Below, piece by piece: positions 41,437-53,142 of a DNA stretch of 64,000 nucleotides (within the stretch, counting starts at the first letter, position 1; each line of letters opens with the position of its first letter). The notes beneath the pieces are model-generated. The model saw only the letters and a list, made by a program, of their open reading frames with translations. It did not search any database and was not told the origin of the DNA. Position numbers and translations under genes: made by a program. This DNA is from Candidatus Bathyarchaeota archaeon (lineage in GTDB: Archaea; Thermoproteota; Bathyarchaeia; 40CM-2-53-6), in contig CAVPLU010000009.1 in NCBI GenBank assembly GCA_963706285.1, forward strand, positions 64,001-128,000. The letters run 5' to 3'.

Positions 41437-42192
41437 GTGTTCAAAGCATCCGTAAGTGACGCGAAACTCTGGAAGAACCTCCTTGCCGCCATATCGACCC
41501 TGATCGAAGAAGCAGACTTCAACGCTACTCCCGACGGAATCAAACTGAGATCAATGGATCCTTCTCATGTGGCAATGGTTGATTTTGAATGGCAGAAGAC
41601 TGCCTTTGAGGAATACATTTGCCAAGAACCAACCAAGATACGCGTTAACATAGCGTCAATGTTGAAACTGCTGAAACGTGTCGGCAGCGATGAGATTCTG
41701 GAGATGCTCTATGATGAGAAAACGCGGAAGCTGAATCTGACGCTTAAGGGAAAGATGATGCGCAAGTTCACGATACCTACGCTTGATCCTGCGCAAGAAG
41801 AGGTGCCGACTCCTAAGATCACGTTCAACTCCAAGGTCAAATTGACAACTTCGACATTCAGGGACATTATTGACGATGTGCAGGCCGTAAGCGACAATGT
41901 TAGACTCGAAACCACGCCCGAGAAGTTGATTGCTGCCGCAACAACTGAGCTCAGTAGCGCTGTCATCGAACTTGAGAAGGCCAGCGATATGCTGATTGAA
42001 CTCGACGTGAGAGAGCCTTCGAAGGCGACTTTCAATCTGAACTATCTCTCTGAGATAACGAAGGCTGGGGCCTCGACTTCTGAGATTGTCACGGTCGAGT
42101 TCTCTAGTAATATGCCAGTCAGGCTGGAGTTCGATATACCCCAACAGGGTCGGCTCTCGTACTATCTAGCTCCCAGGATTGAGGCTGAATAG
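41437..42192 (+). CDS. pcn: PCNA sliding clamp
   Basis: SMDPSHVAMVD, YYLAPRIE. Confidence 0.97.
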   Translation: MFKASVSDAKLWKNLLAAISTLIEEADFNATPDGIKLRSMDPSHVAMVDFEWQKTAFEEYICQEPTKIRVNIASMLKLLKRVGSDEILEMLYDEKTRKLNLTLKGKMMRKFTIPTLDPAQEEVPTPKITFNSKVKLTTSTFRDIIDDVQAVSDNVRLETTPEKLIAAATTELSSAVIELEKASDMLIELDVREPSKATFNLNYLSEITKAGASTSEIVTVEFSSNMPVRLEFDIPQQGRLSYYLAPRIEAE

Positions 42193-42195
42193 GGT

Positions 42196-42402
42196 TCAGG
42201 CGCGTTTTCGGTCCTTGGATTGCGTGTGGAGCTTTCCACATTTTGGGCAGATCGTATCATTTTGGGATATAATCGCACCGCAGAACCTGCACTTATTCCA
42301 CTTCACTAACCTTCGTGCAACGTCCTCAACCGTCTTAGATGATCTCAATAGATCATCCGGTCCAGGCATTCGCCGGTCGGCTCCTGTGTCCTCTATGGAC
42401 AT
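42196..42402 (-). CDS. Small zinc-ribbon protein
   Basis: CRFCG...CPKCG. Confidence 0.65.
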   Translation of the reverse strand: MSIEDTGADRRMPGPDDLLRSSKTVEDVARRLVKWNKCRFCGAIISQNDTICPKCGKLHTQSKDRKRA

Positions 42403-42584
42403 AACCCACAGAATAGCGTCTATAAGCTCGTTGTGTGACTAACGGGGTCAGCTTGGCGACCACAACGACCCGAGAGAGTGCGGAAACGGACAATCTGGAC
42501 TGGCGGAATGCAAGCGCAATCATCGCACCATGCTATCTGGAGGCGAGTTGCCGAGCGAGCTGGTGGGCCCACTTAGTCGCGGTC

Positions 42585-43654
42585 TTGACGAAGCTGGATT
42601 ATGCGAAGTATCCATTCACTAACGAGGCTGCCGAATACGCCAAGAACCTAAACATTGACCTAAGCGACCTTGCCAGTGGAGAGTTCTCTGTCATACTAGA
42701 TCTAGCGGAGAAGAGAATCGTTGACGCTCTAACGGTTGGAAGGATCGATCCGGAACCCCAAGGCGAACCCGAAATACTGGCATATCCGGCTGCGCTGATG
42801 TTGATCGCGCTGGCAGGCGACGAAAGGCTCGTAGGAGATATGCTCTGGGCGAATCAAAGCGAGCCTACGAGTTGCTTAGACAAGAGTCGCCAGATCTACT
42901 GCTACAGATCGCTGAACACACATTTGCCTGGAACGCTAAAATCACAGACAAAGAAATCGGCGAAACCCTCTATGAATTTGGACTGTCCTATCCTGACTAC
43001 CTAAGGAATGCAGTAAAGATACGCGATCCTGATTGGAAACTCACTAACAGGGTATTGGCGCAGGGATACGTCTACTGCGACAAAGACGAATTTGCGAGGC
43101 TGCTCAAAGAAGAAGTTGAAGCCAGAGTTCTCTCAAGAATCTCAGGCTACCACGGCACCGCCCCTGATGCTATCGCCCCACGAGTTGAAACAATCAAGAA
43201 ACTTGTGCTTGCTAGAACACAATTGTACGGAATTGAAGAAGCTCCAAAGGCTATTTTGGCTGCTGCGATGCCTCCATGCATGAAGGCTCTTCTCTCAAGC
43301 CTCAGTAGCGGAAAACACATCTCACACATTGGGAGGTTCGCGATCACGGCGTTCCTGAGCAACATTGGAGTCACCGATGAGGATATCCTCAAGATGTTTC
43401 ACACGCAGAGTGATTTTAGCGAGCGGATAGCAAGATATCAGGTCCAACACATATCAGGAGCCAGAGGCGGCAAGAAGAAATACACTGCTGCCAGCTGCAA
43501 GACGATGAAAACGTGGGGTCTGTGCGTTAATCAAGATGAGATTTGTGCTACGATATCACATCCTCTCTCATACTACAGAAAGAAAGCAAGAATGATGTCA
43601 GCGACATCACGGAGACAAAGATCGGCAGAGGCGCCGAGGCCGGTTATCTCATAG
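42585..43654 (+). CDS. priL: DNA primase large subunit (frameshift near 42832)
   Basis: YAKYPF, WKLTNR, MPPCM, HIGRF, YQVQHI, C..C..HPLSYY. Confidence 0.95.
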
Positions 43655-43708
43655 GGCCTAGCAAGCAGTACTTGACCTAGCTTTCACAATGATTAGTGAT
43701 CACATTTG

Positions 43709-46143
43709 ATGCGAAACTCACTCAGTGCAGTCTTATTGGTTCTGATTCTGCTATTCCCCGTTGCGTACTTCACTCTTAATGATGAAGCCAATCTCGCGGT
43801 CTCGAAGTCGATTGATCCATTCCTGTTCTTGGTGGACATTCAGCGAGCAGCACGAATGCGGGAATGGTCAAGGCGCTAGTCACTTCACCTTATCCATTGA
43901 CGTCGTCTCAACGAACGACGCTTGGTTCACTTGGTGTGATCACAGGGTCGATGGGAAGAGTGACAACCGTTCAATTGCCCTTGACCGCCGTTGAAGAAGT
44001 TGCAGAGCTTGATTTCGTTTCTGGGCTGTTCGCTCCGAGGAGCTATCGTCCCACACTCGATTTAAGCGCACCCGACCTCGGCGCTACCTACGTTTGGCAA
44101 AACGTTACAGATACGCACGGAAAACCAATTGATGGATCTGGAGTCCTAGTTGGCATAATCGATACGGGAGTGGATTTGTCTCATCCAGATCTCAAGTTTC
44201 CGAACGGAACATCTAAGGTTGTATACCTGTGGGATCAAACGGCATCAGGGAAGCCGCCGGCAGGCTTCACGTACGGTGTCGAATGCTCATCGAGTGAGAT
44301 CAACAATGGAAAATGCACAGAAAGAGACACATTCGGCCATGGCACACACGTAGCATCAATAGTCGCAAGCTCGGGCAATGCATCAGGCAAGTATCGCGGG
44401 ATCGCTCCTGGCGCCTCTCTCATAGTTGTGAAGAGCGGGTCTCCAATATGCGAGGGCGAAAGTTGGACCTTTGAAGACAATGCCATCCTAGACGGTCTGC
44501 AGTATCTTGTGGACAGGGCTCGTGCGCTCGGGCAAAAGCTCGTGATCAACTTGAGTCTTGGAGGGAACATCGGTGGTCATGACGATACAAGTCCTTTCGA
44601 ACTCATTCTTAACGATCTTAGTGCACAGGGGGTCGTTGTGATCGTTGCGGCTGGAAACGAGGCGAACACTAACATTCATGCCACAGGCTCCCTGGGCCGC
44701 AACAATTCCTCGCTTGTTGGTTGGGCCCCCTCCGACCAAACTCATAGCGCGGTCGTTGACGTGTGGTATCAAGAGTGATAGAACCATTTCAGCAACTCTC
44801 GTTACGCCTTCCGGGGAAAGCGTATCAGGGCCAACAAGATCCAGTGGAACAAAGACCGCGGATGGTTTGGTCAGCATCGTTTCAGCAACGACAGCCAAGG
44901 GAAAGGAGCTCGACGGTCTCAGTTGACGCTAATGGCACTCTGCGAACATCTAGGTGGAACTTGATACTGAAGGCAATAGATAGCGGCCCAGACCTGAACT
45001 GGGATGCTTGGGTGGACAGCGATAGTTGCTCCTACCCAGCCGCGTCTTTTCTGACCGGTGATGATTACAGGATCGACGTGAGTGGAACGGTGACGGTTCC
45101 CGGCACCGCAAGCGGCGTGATTACGGTTGGAGCCTACGTTAGCAAGAACTCTTGGACAGACGTCTCGGGAAAAGAGGTCTTCGCCCAGGGTTATCGTGTC
45201 GGCGAGGCCACGGATTTCACTTCAAGAGGCCCAACAAGGGATGGACGCACAAAGCCTGACGTATCTGCTCCTGGACTATTCATCGCTGCGGCCCGCTCGT
45301 CGGATGTTTCTCCTGGTGATAACGATCCTGATCGGTATCATCGCGTTCTTGCTGGGACGAGTATGGCGGCTCCTCACGTTGCAGGCGTGGCTGCGTTGAT
45401 GCTTCAGTACAAACCCCAGATGACACCGAGGGAAATCAGATCTGCTATGGTTGAGGGAACGACCCTTGATGACTTCACGGGTTTCATCGATCCGTCAAGA
45501 GGATCAAACGAATGGGGGTGGGGAAAGGTCGACGCGAGAACCGTAACCTCGCTCTTCAGAGTATCCTCTACGATAGAATCGCTCCCTCCAACGTTTGCTG
45601 TTGACTTGGTCGTCGACGGGCAGCATCACGAACCCATCCACGGAGGGGAGGCTATCACCATGCGGTTCTTGTCCGGCACCACTCACTCGTTTGTTGTGGC
45701 AGACGAAGCGTTCACAGCAAACTCGACTCGATACTTCGTCAGTCAATATGCTGCTGCTTTCTCCGCCAATGGTGTCTTCACACCGAATGCGAGAGTTCAG
45801 TATCTGCTCTCGCTAGAGTCCCCAGTCGGAGCGACCGAGGGTGGCGGATGGTACGACGCAGGTAGCTACGCCAACTTCACCGTCAGGTTACCCGAGTTTT
45901 TGAAAGGCCTTGAGTCAACTTGTAGGGGTAGATTTTTCCTTTGACCATTGGGTTGACGAGCATGGTAACAGAGTATTGTCGGACTCTCTACGAATGGATT
46001 CACCTCACACGCTCAGAGCCTCTTGGGGTGTTCGCGTTGCAGATTGGCGGCCGCTCCTTGCCTTGGTCACACTGATTCTTGTCTTGGCGTTAGTTCTCGA
46101 ATCAAGACGAAGAAGACTGCAAAAAGGACAACAACGCGGTTGA
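43709..46143 (+). CDS. Membrane-anchored subtilisin (S8, CspA-like) protease; several frameshifts
   Basis: Signal peptide at 43709; IIDTG, GHGTHVAS, AAGNE, GTSMAAPHVAG; YLWDQT..G.PP.GF.YG insert; C-terminal stalk plus TM plus RRRR. Confidence 0.9.
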
Positions 46144-46296
46144 TGATGATTTGACGTTCGGTAGAACGAGACCCGACGAGGCAAGAACACATTTGTCTTC
46201 GCGTTGATAGTGAGGCTGCAAGGATAAGGGGAATGCGAGACGGCCTCAACCAGCGCTCGGGACATAGATCGGATCAGTTTCATCAAGAAGGCCTTC

Positions 46297-47499
46297 TTGC
46301 ATTACTACAACCAGCGAAGTAACAGGGTCGCTCTGCCTCCGGACTTTCGATCTAGAGAATTCGCATTTCTCGCATTTGGCGAGAAATTCATGACGCGGCA
46401 CAAAGCAATTGGATCGCAAGAAGAACTAGCCAATACGATTCGGATGCTAGTCCCATCGGACGTCTACTATTCAACAGCCTACTACTCGAAACCTGCGGAA
46501 CAGATGGAGCGCAAAGGGTGGCTCGGATCCGATCTCGTTTTCGATGTTGACGCCGACCACATAATGACTTCATGCAAAGCAAATCATGACAAGTGGCGCT
46601 GCATCAATTGCGGATTCTCAAAACAAGGAAAGTCTCCTGCTCAATGCCCTAACTGTGGGCAAGCAAAGTTCGAAGAGCGTACTTGGCTATGTGATGACTG
46701 TCTCAAAGCGGCGAAAAATGAAGTCTTCAAACTCGCTGACTTCCTGGCAAACGATTTTGGAATATCCGAACAAGCGATGCACACATTCTTTTCCGGTCAC
46801 AGAGGCTATCATCTCCATGTGAGAACAGAAGAGGTTCGCAAATTGGATGAGTCGCAGAGAAAGGAGATAGTTGACTACGTTCTGGGTTTGGGATTGGATG
46901 TTTTCTTTCAGGGACTCTACAAGAAGCCCCAGGATGTGATCGTAGGACCGCAACGAGACGACCCAGGATGGCGTGGTCGCTTCGCCCGAGAGATCTACCG
47001 ACTCATCATGCAAGGAACCGAGGAAGAACTGGTGGACTTGGGTTTCTCGACTCGTCGAGCGCGATTGATCATGCAAGAAAGACCAGAGAGAGAAGAGCGT
47101 TGGCAGAAAGAGATTCTGTGGAGCGAGTTCGAAGATAGGTTCCACGTCAAGGACACAACTTGGCGTACGATATTTGAGCGGGCAATCTCAAAAGGCGCCC
47201 TACCTGCAGAGATCGACACCGTAGTAACCACGGATATTCACAGATTGATACGTCTGCCCGAGACGCTCAACGGAAAGACAGGCCTTCGAGCAATGGCCGT
47301 TTCAAACTTGAACACCTTTGATCCATTTGTTGATCCAATAGCTTTTGAAGGAGAAGAGACAGTTCGAGTCAGCGACGCACCAGCTTTCAGAATGGGGAAT
47401 ACGAATTATGGGCCATACGTCAATGAGGAAGTGACGCTACCCGCTGCAGCTGCGATGCTACTACTCTGCAAAGGTGTGGGTGGTCCAATACAGAAATGA
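46297..47499 (+). CDS. priS: DNA primase small subunit with zinc-ribbon insertion
   Basis: REFAF, DLVFDVDAD, FSGHRGYHLH, IDTVVTTDIHRLIRLP; true start slightly upstream. Confidence 0.95.
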   Translation: MHYYNQRSNRVALPPDFRSREFAFLAFGEKFMTRHKAIGSQEELANTIRMLVPSDVYYSTAYYSKPAEQMERKGWLGSDLVFDVDADHIMTSCKANHDKWRCINCGFSKQGKSPAQCPNCGQAKFEERTWLCDDCLKAAKNEVFKLADFLANDFGISEQAMHTFFSGHRGYHLHVRTEEVRKLDESQRKEIVDYVLGLGLDVFFQGLYKKPQDVIVGPQRDDPGWRGRFAREIYRLIMQGTEEELVDLGFSTRRARLIMQERPEREERWQKEILWSEFEDRFHVKDTTWRTIFERAISKGALPAEIDTVVTTDIHRLIRLPETLNGKTGLRAMAVSNLNTFDPFVDPIAFEGEETVRVSDAPAFRMGNTNYGPYVNEEVTLPAAAAMLLLCKGVGGPIQK

Positions 47500-48093
47500 A
47501 CCGTGAGGAACTCTACCGAATCTGGAAAGCCGAGAAGAGCGAGATAGCGCTCAAAAAGCTCGACCCATCTTTCTACGCAGAGGTCAGGAAGCTGCTGAAC
47601 GATTGCATGGCCGCTTCAGCAGCAACCGGCCAAGACCGAACTCAGAAGGCAATCACCGAGAAGGAGCTCATGGTACTGCGACGGCTGAGCACCGAGATCG
47701 CCAGTGACGCGGATGAAGAAGATTATTGACGCAGCACTTGCCGGACTCAACGTTGGAAGTGAAGTGCTTGCCCAAGAAGAAGGAGAATTTACGAGGATAA
47801 TTGCAGCGCATATAGGGGACTACAGATCGTTTCATCGACGAATTAGGACTAGGCAGTTTGTCTTCCGTGGAAAAAGCTCCGGAGCAAGCCAGCTGAGATC
47901 CGAGTTAGAGGTCGTGCGATTCCTCTCAGACTTTCCAGCAATAATAGGAGTGGACCTGAGAACCTATGGCCCCTTCAAATCCGAGGATATCGCCACATTG
48001 CCAGCTGAGAATGCTTCTGCGCTCATCAGCCAAGGGGTCGTGAGGCAGGTTCGTTTCTCCGAAGGGATAGCATCCGCTCCGCAATCTGCATGA
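47496..48093 (+). CDS. gins51: GINS subunit Gins51 (frameshift near 47705)
   Basis: EK...LDPSFY N-terminus; VRFLSDFPAIIGVDLRTYGPFKSEDIATLP C-terminus; follows priS. Confidence 0.85.
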
Positions 48094-48134
48094 ATTTTCG
48101 GGACTGAAAATAGTCTATTTGGGGCTAGATACGT

Positions 48135-48572
48135 CTAGCGTCTAGGCTTCTCTTTCTTGCCTTTGAGCAGAGCGTCGAGAGAAACGCCGTTGCACGCGTA
48201 TACTTTGAATCGGATTCCCGGAATGTCTCCCATGCTCTTACCTTCGGCGCCACCTATGCCTTCTATCAGAACCTCGTCGTGCTCATCAATGAAGTTCATG
48301 GCACCGTCGCCAGGCAGGAACGCAGTAAGGACCTTCCCGTTCTTTATCAACTGAACTCGAACACACTTGCGCACAGCGCTATTTGGCTGACGACATTCGA
48401 CGCCAACTTTCTCAAGAACTATGCCGCGGCCCTGCGGGGCTCCCTGAAGAGGGTCTGCTTTGTAATCCAGCCCAAGCATACGACGTTTGTAAGGCGGATA
48501 ATGCCATCGGAACCGCTTGTGCCTACGTTTCAACTTGCGTGCTCCCAGTAGGCCCCGTGATGATTTGCCCAT
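48135..48572 (-). CDS. rps12: 30S ribosomal protein S12
   Basis: [32 protein letters not shown]. Confidence 0.97.
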   Translation of the reverse strand: MGKSSRGLLGARKLKRRHKRFRWHYPPYKRRMLGLDYKADPLQGAPQGRGIVLEKVGVECRQPNSAVRKCVRVQLIKNGKVLTAFLPGDGAMNFIDEHDEVLIEGIGGAEGKSMGDIPGIRFKVYACNGVSLDALLKGKKEKPRR

Positions 48573-48697
48573 TATGACACCCGTATCCTGAAACTCCTCG
48601 TGCTAGACTTTGACCCGCCTTATATGTTGTGCGTAATTCGCGGCACGAATACGGAAGGCTTGAAAGCAATGTTTCGTGAACATCATTCGAGTCACCC

Positions 48698-49783
48698 ATG
48701 CGAAAGAGCATCCTCGACGACAGAGTCGCGACGACCAAGATTGATCGAGAGAACATGCTCAGGATTCTTGAGAAGACTCCAACCGCCTACGAGGAAGCAT
48801 ACGAATCCGCATTGCGTTCTGTAAATCTCCCGCAGACATCTTCGACTCCCCCAGCGTATTTGGCATTTGTAGGAATGGGCGGTTCAGCGATAGCGGCCGA
48901 CATACTGAAAGAATGGTTCTTCGACGCTAGAACTTCAATTGAAGTTTTGAGGGGGCCTAAGCTGCCGGGCTCAGTCGGTGCTGGCACATGTGTCCTCGTT
49001 GCCAGCTACTCAGGTCAGACCGCCGAGGCGCTGGAAGCATTGGGCGAGGCTCGCAAGCGTGGCGCTGAGATTTCTTGCATCAGCTCAGGAGGAAAGCTGC
49101 TTGAGCTTTGTCGAGAAAACGGAATTCCTCACGTGGAAGTCATACCTGGATTGCAGCCCCGTGAGGCATTGCCTCATCTCCTGTGCGCTTCTCTTGTGAT
49201 ACTTGAGAGATGGGCCGTCGGCGACCATCAGGCAATTGGCGTTGAATTGAGATCTTTGAAGGGGCAACTGGAAGAGCTTAGGAAAAGAGTTGGATTCAAA
49301 CAGCCTCAGGTTAGGAACCCAGCGAAGCAGTTGGCCATTGCACTCAACGGAACAATCCCGTTCATCTACACATCCCAACATCTGGCGCCAGCAGGCAGAA
49401 GATTCAAGAATCAACTCAACGAGAACTCAAAAGTACTTGCGAAGTTCGAGATTCTTCCGGAAATGCTCCATAACGAAGTTCAGGGATGGCATATGTTGGA
49501 GAACGGATTTGCTGATTCCGTATCATTCGTCTTGCTCAGAGACCATGAAAATGAAGAAGATGCCGAACAATTCAGAAGACTGAAGCGATTGATCCGCAAG
49601 CGGGGAGGCAAGAAGATACACGAAATCCATCTGAAAGCTCCAACGTCGCCCGCTGCAATCCTCACAACGATCTACTATTGTGACTTTGTTTCATTCTATC
49701 TGGCGTTGGCACGCGGTGTAGACCCGACCCCTGTCAGAACCATTCAATTACTGAAACGTACGAGGCAACTTCTGCGGCCATAG
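48698..49783 (+). CDS. Bifunctional phosphoglucose/phosphomannose isomerase
   Basis: GMGGSA, SYSGQT, QPR, NENSK, PEMLHNE. Confidence 0.93.
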   Translation: MRKSILDDRVATTKIDRENMLRILEKTPTAYEEAYESALRSVNLPQTSSTPPAYLAFVGMGGSAIAADILKEWFFDARTSIEVLRGPKLPGSVGAGTCVLVASYSGQTAEALEALGEARKRGAEISCISSGGKLLELCRENGIPHVEVIPGLQPREALPHLLCASLVILERWAVGDHQAIGVELRSLKGQLEELRKRVGFKQPQVRNPAKQLAIALNGTIPFIYTSQHLAPAGRRFKNQLNENSKVLAKFEILPEMLHNEVQGWHMLENGFADSVSFVLLRDHENEEDAEQFRRLKRLIRKRGGKKIHEIHLKAPTSPAAILTTIYYCDFVSFYLALARGVDPTPVRTIQLLKRTRQLLRP

Positions 49784-49880
49784 GGCTAACCGCCCGTTTC
49801 CTACAGTCAGAATGCAAAAGCCTACTAGCCAGCGGGCCCGATGGGTCTCGATCTAACACTATCACGGGGGAACGAATTGG

Positions 49881-50342
49881 TTGTCGTACGAGGAACATGC
49901 AAAAGCAATCGGAATTAAGATCCCGCCTGCCGCGACTCCCGTTGGAGCATACCTACTCGCGGTTCAGAGCGGTACCTTGCTTTTTACAGCAGGTCAAGGA
50001 CCTGTGAAAGATGGTGTTCCCGTTTTCAGAGGCAAAGTCGGCCGTGACATCACGGTTGAGGACGCATATGAAGCTGCGAAACTTTCCGCGTTGAATTGCC
50101 TGGCCGCGGCGAAATCACTCTTGGGAACGCTCGACAGAATCGAACGTGTCGTGAAGGTGAACGGATACGTCAACAGTGCATCGGGGTTCACTGAGCAGGC
50201 AAAAGTCATGAACGGCGCTTCCGATATTTTGGCACAGATCTTCGGAGAGAAGGGACGCCATGCTAGAACATCGGTTGGGGTGAGCGAGCTTCCTCAAAAC
50301 ATAGCCGTGGAAGTCGACCTTGTCCTAGCTTGCAAGTCCTGA
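49881..50342 (+). CDS. RidA/YjgF family protein
   Basis: LFTAGQGP, MNGASD..FGEKGRHARTSVG. Confidence 0.93.
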   Translation: MSYEEHAKAIGIKIPPAATPVGAYLLAVQSGTLLFTAGQGPVKDGVPVFRGKVGRDITVEDAYEAAKLSALNCLAAAKSLLGTLDRIERVVKVNGYVNSASGFTEQAKVMNGASDILAQIFGEKGRHARTSVGVSELPQNIAVEVDLVLACKS

Positions 50343-50373
50343 TCGCTGGTCCATTCGGTCGAGCTTCAATAAG

Positions 50374-51484
50374 CTATTGAGGAGGCAAGGGCGGCTGCCT
50401 TGCGCCACAGTGAGGGCAGAAAACCGCCAGCATGACGAGTTGCGCTCCGCAGTTCACACAGTTCTTGATACCCCGCGGAGGTTTGTGAGGATGCCGGAGG
50501 TTCCAGAGTTCTGGGAACAGAAACAACTGGGACTCCGGAGGGACCTGCAAAAGTCTGTAAGCCGTGTGCCCTGTCTGCATAGATGAAGAACAGCAGTAAG
50601 GTAAAGAATGCTGAGAGTAAGGCGGAAATCATTGAATAGGCAACATTACTCGCTCTGAGCATCAGCTCTAGTAGACGACCACTATCTGTGTAGATCGCTG
50701 GGTTACCTAGTTCCAAGTAGGAGATGCTCGGCCACATGAAGGACGTAGCCAAAGAGGCTAGCAGCCAAGCGATTCCTGATATGACCATGTAGCCTATTAT
50801 CGTTGCGAGGTTACTTCGCACGAAAACGAAGCTTGACTTGATCGATTGCATTATTCCAAGATCATCGACTACTAGAGCTTGCATCCATGGAACAAGGAAG
50901 ATGTAGAAAACGAGTTCAATCAATGCAACCACGAATACAATGCCGAGCAATGTGAAAACGATCGGGGCAAGCAAGCTGAAGATAGTCGCGGCCGTGAGCT
51001 CTCCAAGAGCAATCATCTCCCCCAGATTGAGCGTAAGAATACTCGCCACCGCAACTGCTGTTCCAACAGCCACCGGGAGAACAAAGACTATCGCGACCAG
51101 CAAGCGGCCGCCAAGGATCCGGAGGAAGTACTTCTTGGATCCAATCCACAGATCGGCAAACTCTGTTCGTCCGTCGACGACCGCACGCTTGTTCATGTAT
51201 GCCCAACCAGCGGTCAGGAACGTGTCGACAAGGAAGATTCCCATGAGGAGGAACACGCCACCCACGACGATCGGGGTGAGGCTCTCTACATCTGCGGTCA
51301 GTCCGAATGCTATCAGTAGCGGAAAGAACGTGAAGGACGCTATCGTCAAGAAGGCGAGCGGCACAATCACCTGAATCAGGATTGGTGGCAATATCAATAT
51401 CCAGTTGTTTCTCATTCGCGCTGCACATTTGCTGATCAACGCTCCGAGATCCATTTGTATCACCGTGACAACCGACTTCGTCAA
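50374..51484 (-). CDS. Polytopic membrane protein with C-terminal zinc ribbon (frameshift near 50475)
   Basis: About six TM helices; KNCVNCG...FCPHCG in the shifted frame. Confidence 0.75.
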
Positions 51485-51534
51485 GCTTCGAGAATGAATT
51501 CAGAATTTAAGTGCGACGTTGAGGGATTCAGCGC

Positions 51535-51984
51535 TCAGGGCCTGAGGTCTCGCACATAGTCGCCTGCGTCATGATCAAAGGGTATCTTGTGGCCCTCACA
51601 CAATGCAGCGAGATTCTCGACTAGTCCCTTCCAGTAGAACGTGACAGATTTCTTGTCCTCCTCACTTTCGTACGCGTTGAGGTGATCAAAAACGAGCAGC
51701 ATGGATTTGCCTGCACTTTTCTCTACGAAGCTCCAAATGCCGAACCCAGGTACGACATCGCTGTATCGATGCACGATCAAGTGATTTCGCACCAATGCTA
51801 CAACTTCTGCGCTCGGGTAGTTGTCCCCTACGAGTTTGCCTCCCACGGCGAATCTTTTGATGTGACATCGTGGATCGTACCAGATCCTCAAAGTCCGCGT
51901 CTGCTGGAAACACTTGTACACTCGAGCAACAGGAGCATTGATTCTCTTTTCGATGTGAATGGTGCCTGCCAATTTGCCCAACAC
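51535..51984 (-). CDS. SRPBCC/AHSA1-like domain protein
   Basis: IHIEKRINAPVARVY..F....L..WY; YWKGLVENL. Confidence 0.8.
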   Translation of the reverse strand: MLGKLAGTIHIEKRINAPVARVYKCFQQTRTLRIWYDPRCHIKRFAVGGKLVGDNYPSAEVVALVRNHLIVHRYSDVVPGFGIWSFVEKSAGKSMLLVFDHLNAYESEEDKKSVTFYWKGLVENLAALCEGHKIPFDHDAGDYVRDLRP

Positions 51985-52152
51985 CCAACGATGAATGAAC
52001 TCATCATGAACTGATTCTTGTTCTTAACAAGTGCGCATGCGTGTTTCCGAAATCAATGATCGAGAAAAACATTGCAGATGGCTTGTTGTGCTTTCGATAA
52101 CTTATGTCATCTTTAAATAGACGCCGCCGGGGTTCCGGGGTCGGTCACCGCG

Positions 52153-52530
52153 TTGTTGCTCCCTGATGAGATTGCCTCAAAGTCTGTCATTCCTGCGATC
52201 CGTGCGATGGTTGTTCGCAGACTTGTGGATGAGCACGGGATGACTCAGCAGCAGGCCGCATGTCTCTTAGGAATCACTCAACCAGCTGTGAGCAAGTACA
52301 TGCACAACAAACGAGGGATTGCGATAAGGCTGGATGGCATAGATCGTGTGAACGATGCGGCGAGCAAGATCGCTGCTATGCTCGTATCGGGAAAGGCCGG
52401 GCAGGTTCAGATAATGAGTAAACTCAATGACGTCTCCGTGCAAGTTAGAAAGAGTAGACTAATGTGCGATCTTCACAGACGCCTTGAACCAGGCTTAAAC
52501 CTAGGTGGATGCCGTATATGCGAAACCTAA
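52153..52530 (+). CDS. HTH transcriptional regulator with Cys/His-rich C-terminus
   Basis: VIPAIRA, GMTQQQAA.LLGITQPAVSKY, MCDLH...CRIC. Confidence 0.88.
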   Translation: MLLPDEIASKSVIPAIRAMVVRRLVDEHGMTQQQAACLLGITQPAVSKYMHNKRGIAIRLDGIDRVNDAASKIAAMLVSGKAGQVQIMSKLNDVSVQVRKSRLMCDLHRRLEPGLNLGGCRICET

Positions 52531-52581
52531 CTGATCCGTAGCGTTAGAGGATAATCAATGATCTACAGGATGATATGAACG

Positions 52582-53142
52582 ATGGCGGCCGATAACCCTG
52601 CAGAAGAACCTCAGACCTCACTTCCGCATCCTATCGCGAGTGAGTCTCCAGGTTTCTGGGTTGGGAATCTCAGAGACTTTGTGGAAAAAGCCGTTGGCTG
52701 GGGCCCCGTAAAATCCCTGATCAACTGGAGTCGTATCTACTCACTCTGGCCGGTTCACCTTATGACTGCCTGTTGCGGGGCTGAACTCGGCGCAATGATG
52801 AGTGGGAGATACGACCCTGAGAGATTCGGCATGCAGGCTGCGACTGGGTCGATGCGCCAGAGTGACCTTTTGATAATAGAGGGAACAGTGACAAAAAAGA
52901 TGTTGAAGAGGGCTAAGGTGACTTGGGAGCAAATGCCCAATCCAAAGTACGCGATTGCGATGGGCGACTGTGCATGCTCCGGTGGCCTCTTCCACGACTC
53001 GTATAGCATAATCAACGAGATCGAAAAGGCGATTCCAATTGATGTCTTTGTTCCAGGATGCCCTCCTAGGCCTGAAGCGCTTCTAAATGCCGTGATTAAG
53101 TTGAGAGAGAAGATCCGACGAGAGGAGGTCTACACGAAATGA
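52582..53142 (+). CDS. nuoB: Complex I-like subunit B
   Basis: TACCGAE, MGDCACSGG, VPGCPPRPEA. Confidence 0.93.
   Translation: MAADNPAEEPQTSLPHPIASESPGFWVGNLRDFVEKAVGWGPVKSLINWSRIYSLWPVHLMTACCGAELGAMMSGRYDPERFGMQAATGSMRQSDLLIIEGTVTKKMLKRAKVTWEQMPNPKYAIAMGDCACSGGLFHDSYSIINEIEKAIPIDVFVPGCPPRPEALLNAVIKLREKIRREEVYTK

Noticed and set aside
733-51484. Programmed frameshifting or mass pseudogenisation (nadE, ppsA, priL, gins51, S8 protease, SBP)
   Set aside because: Single indels hit essential genes without shared slippery motifs; sequencing error is the simplest explanation.
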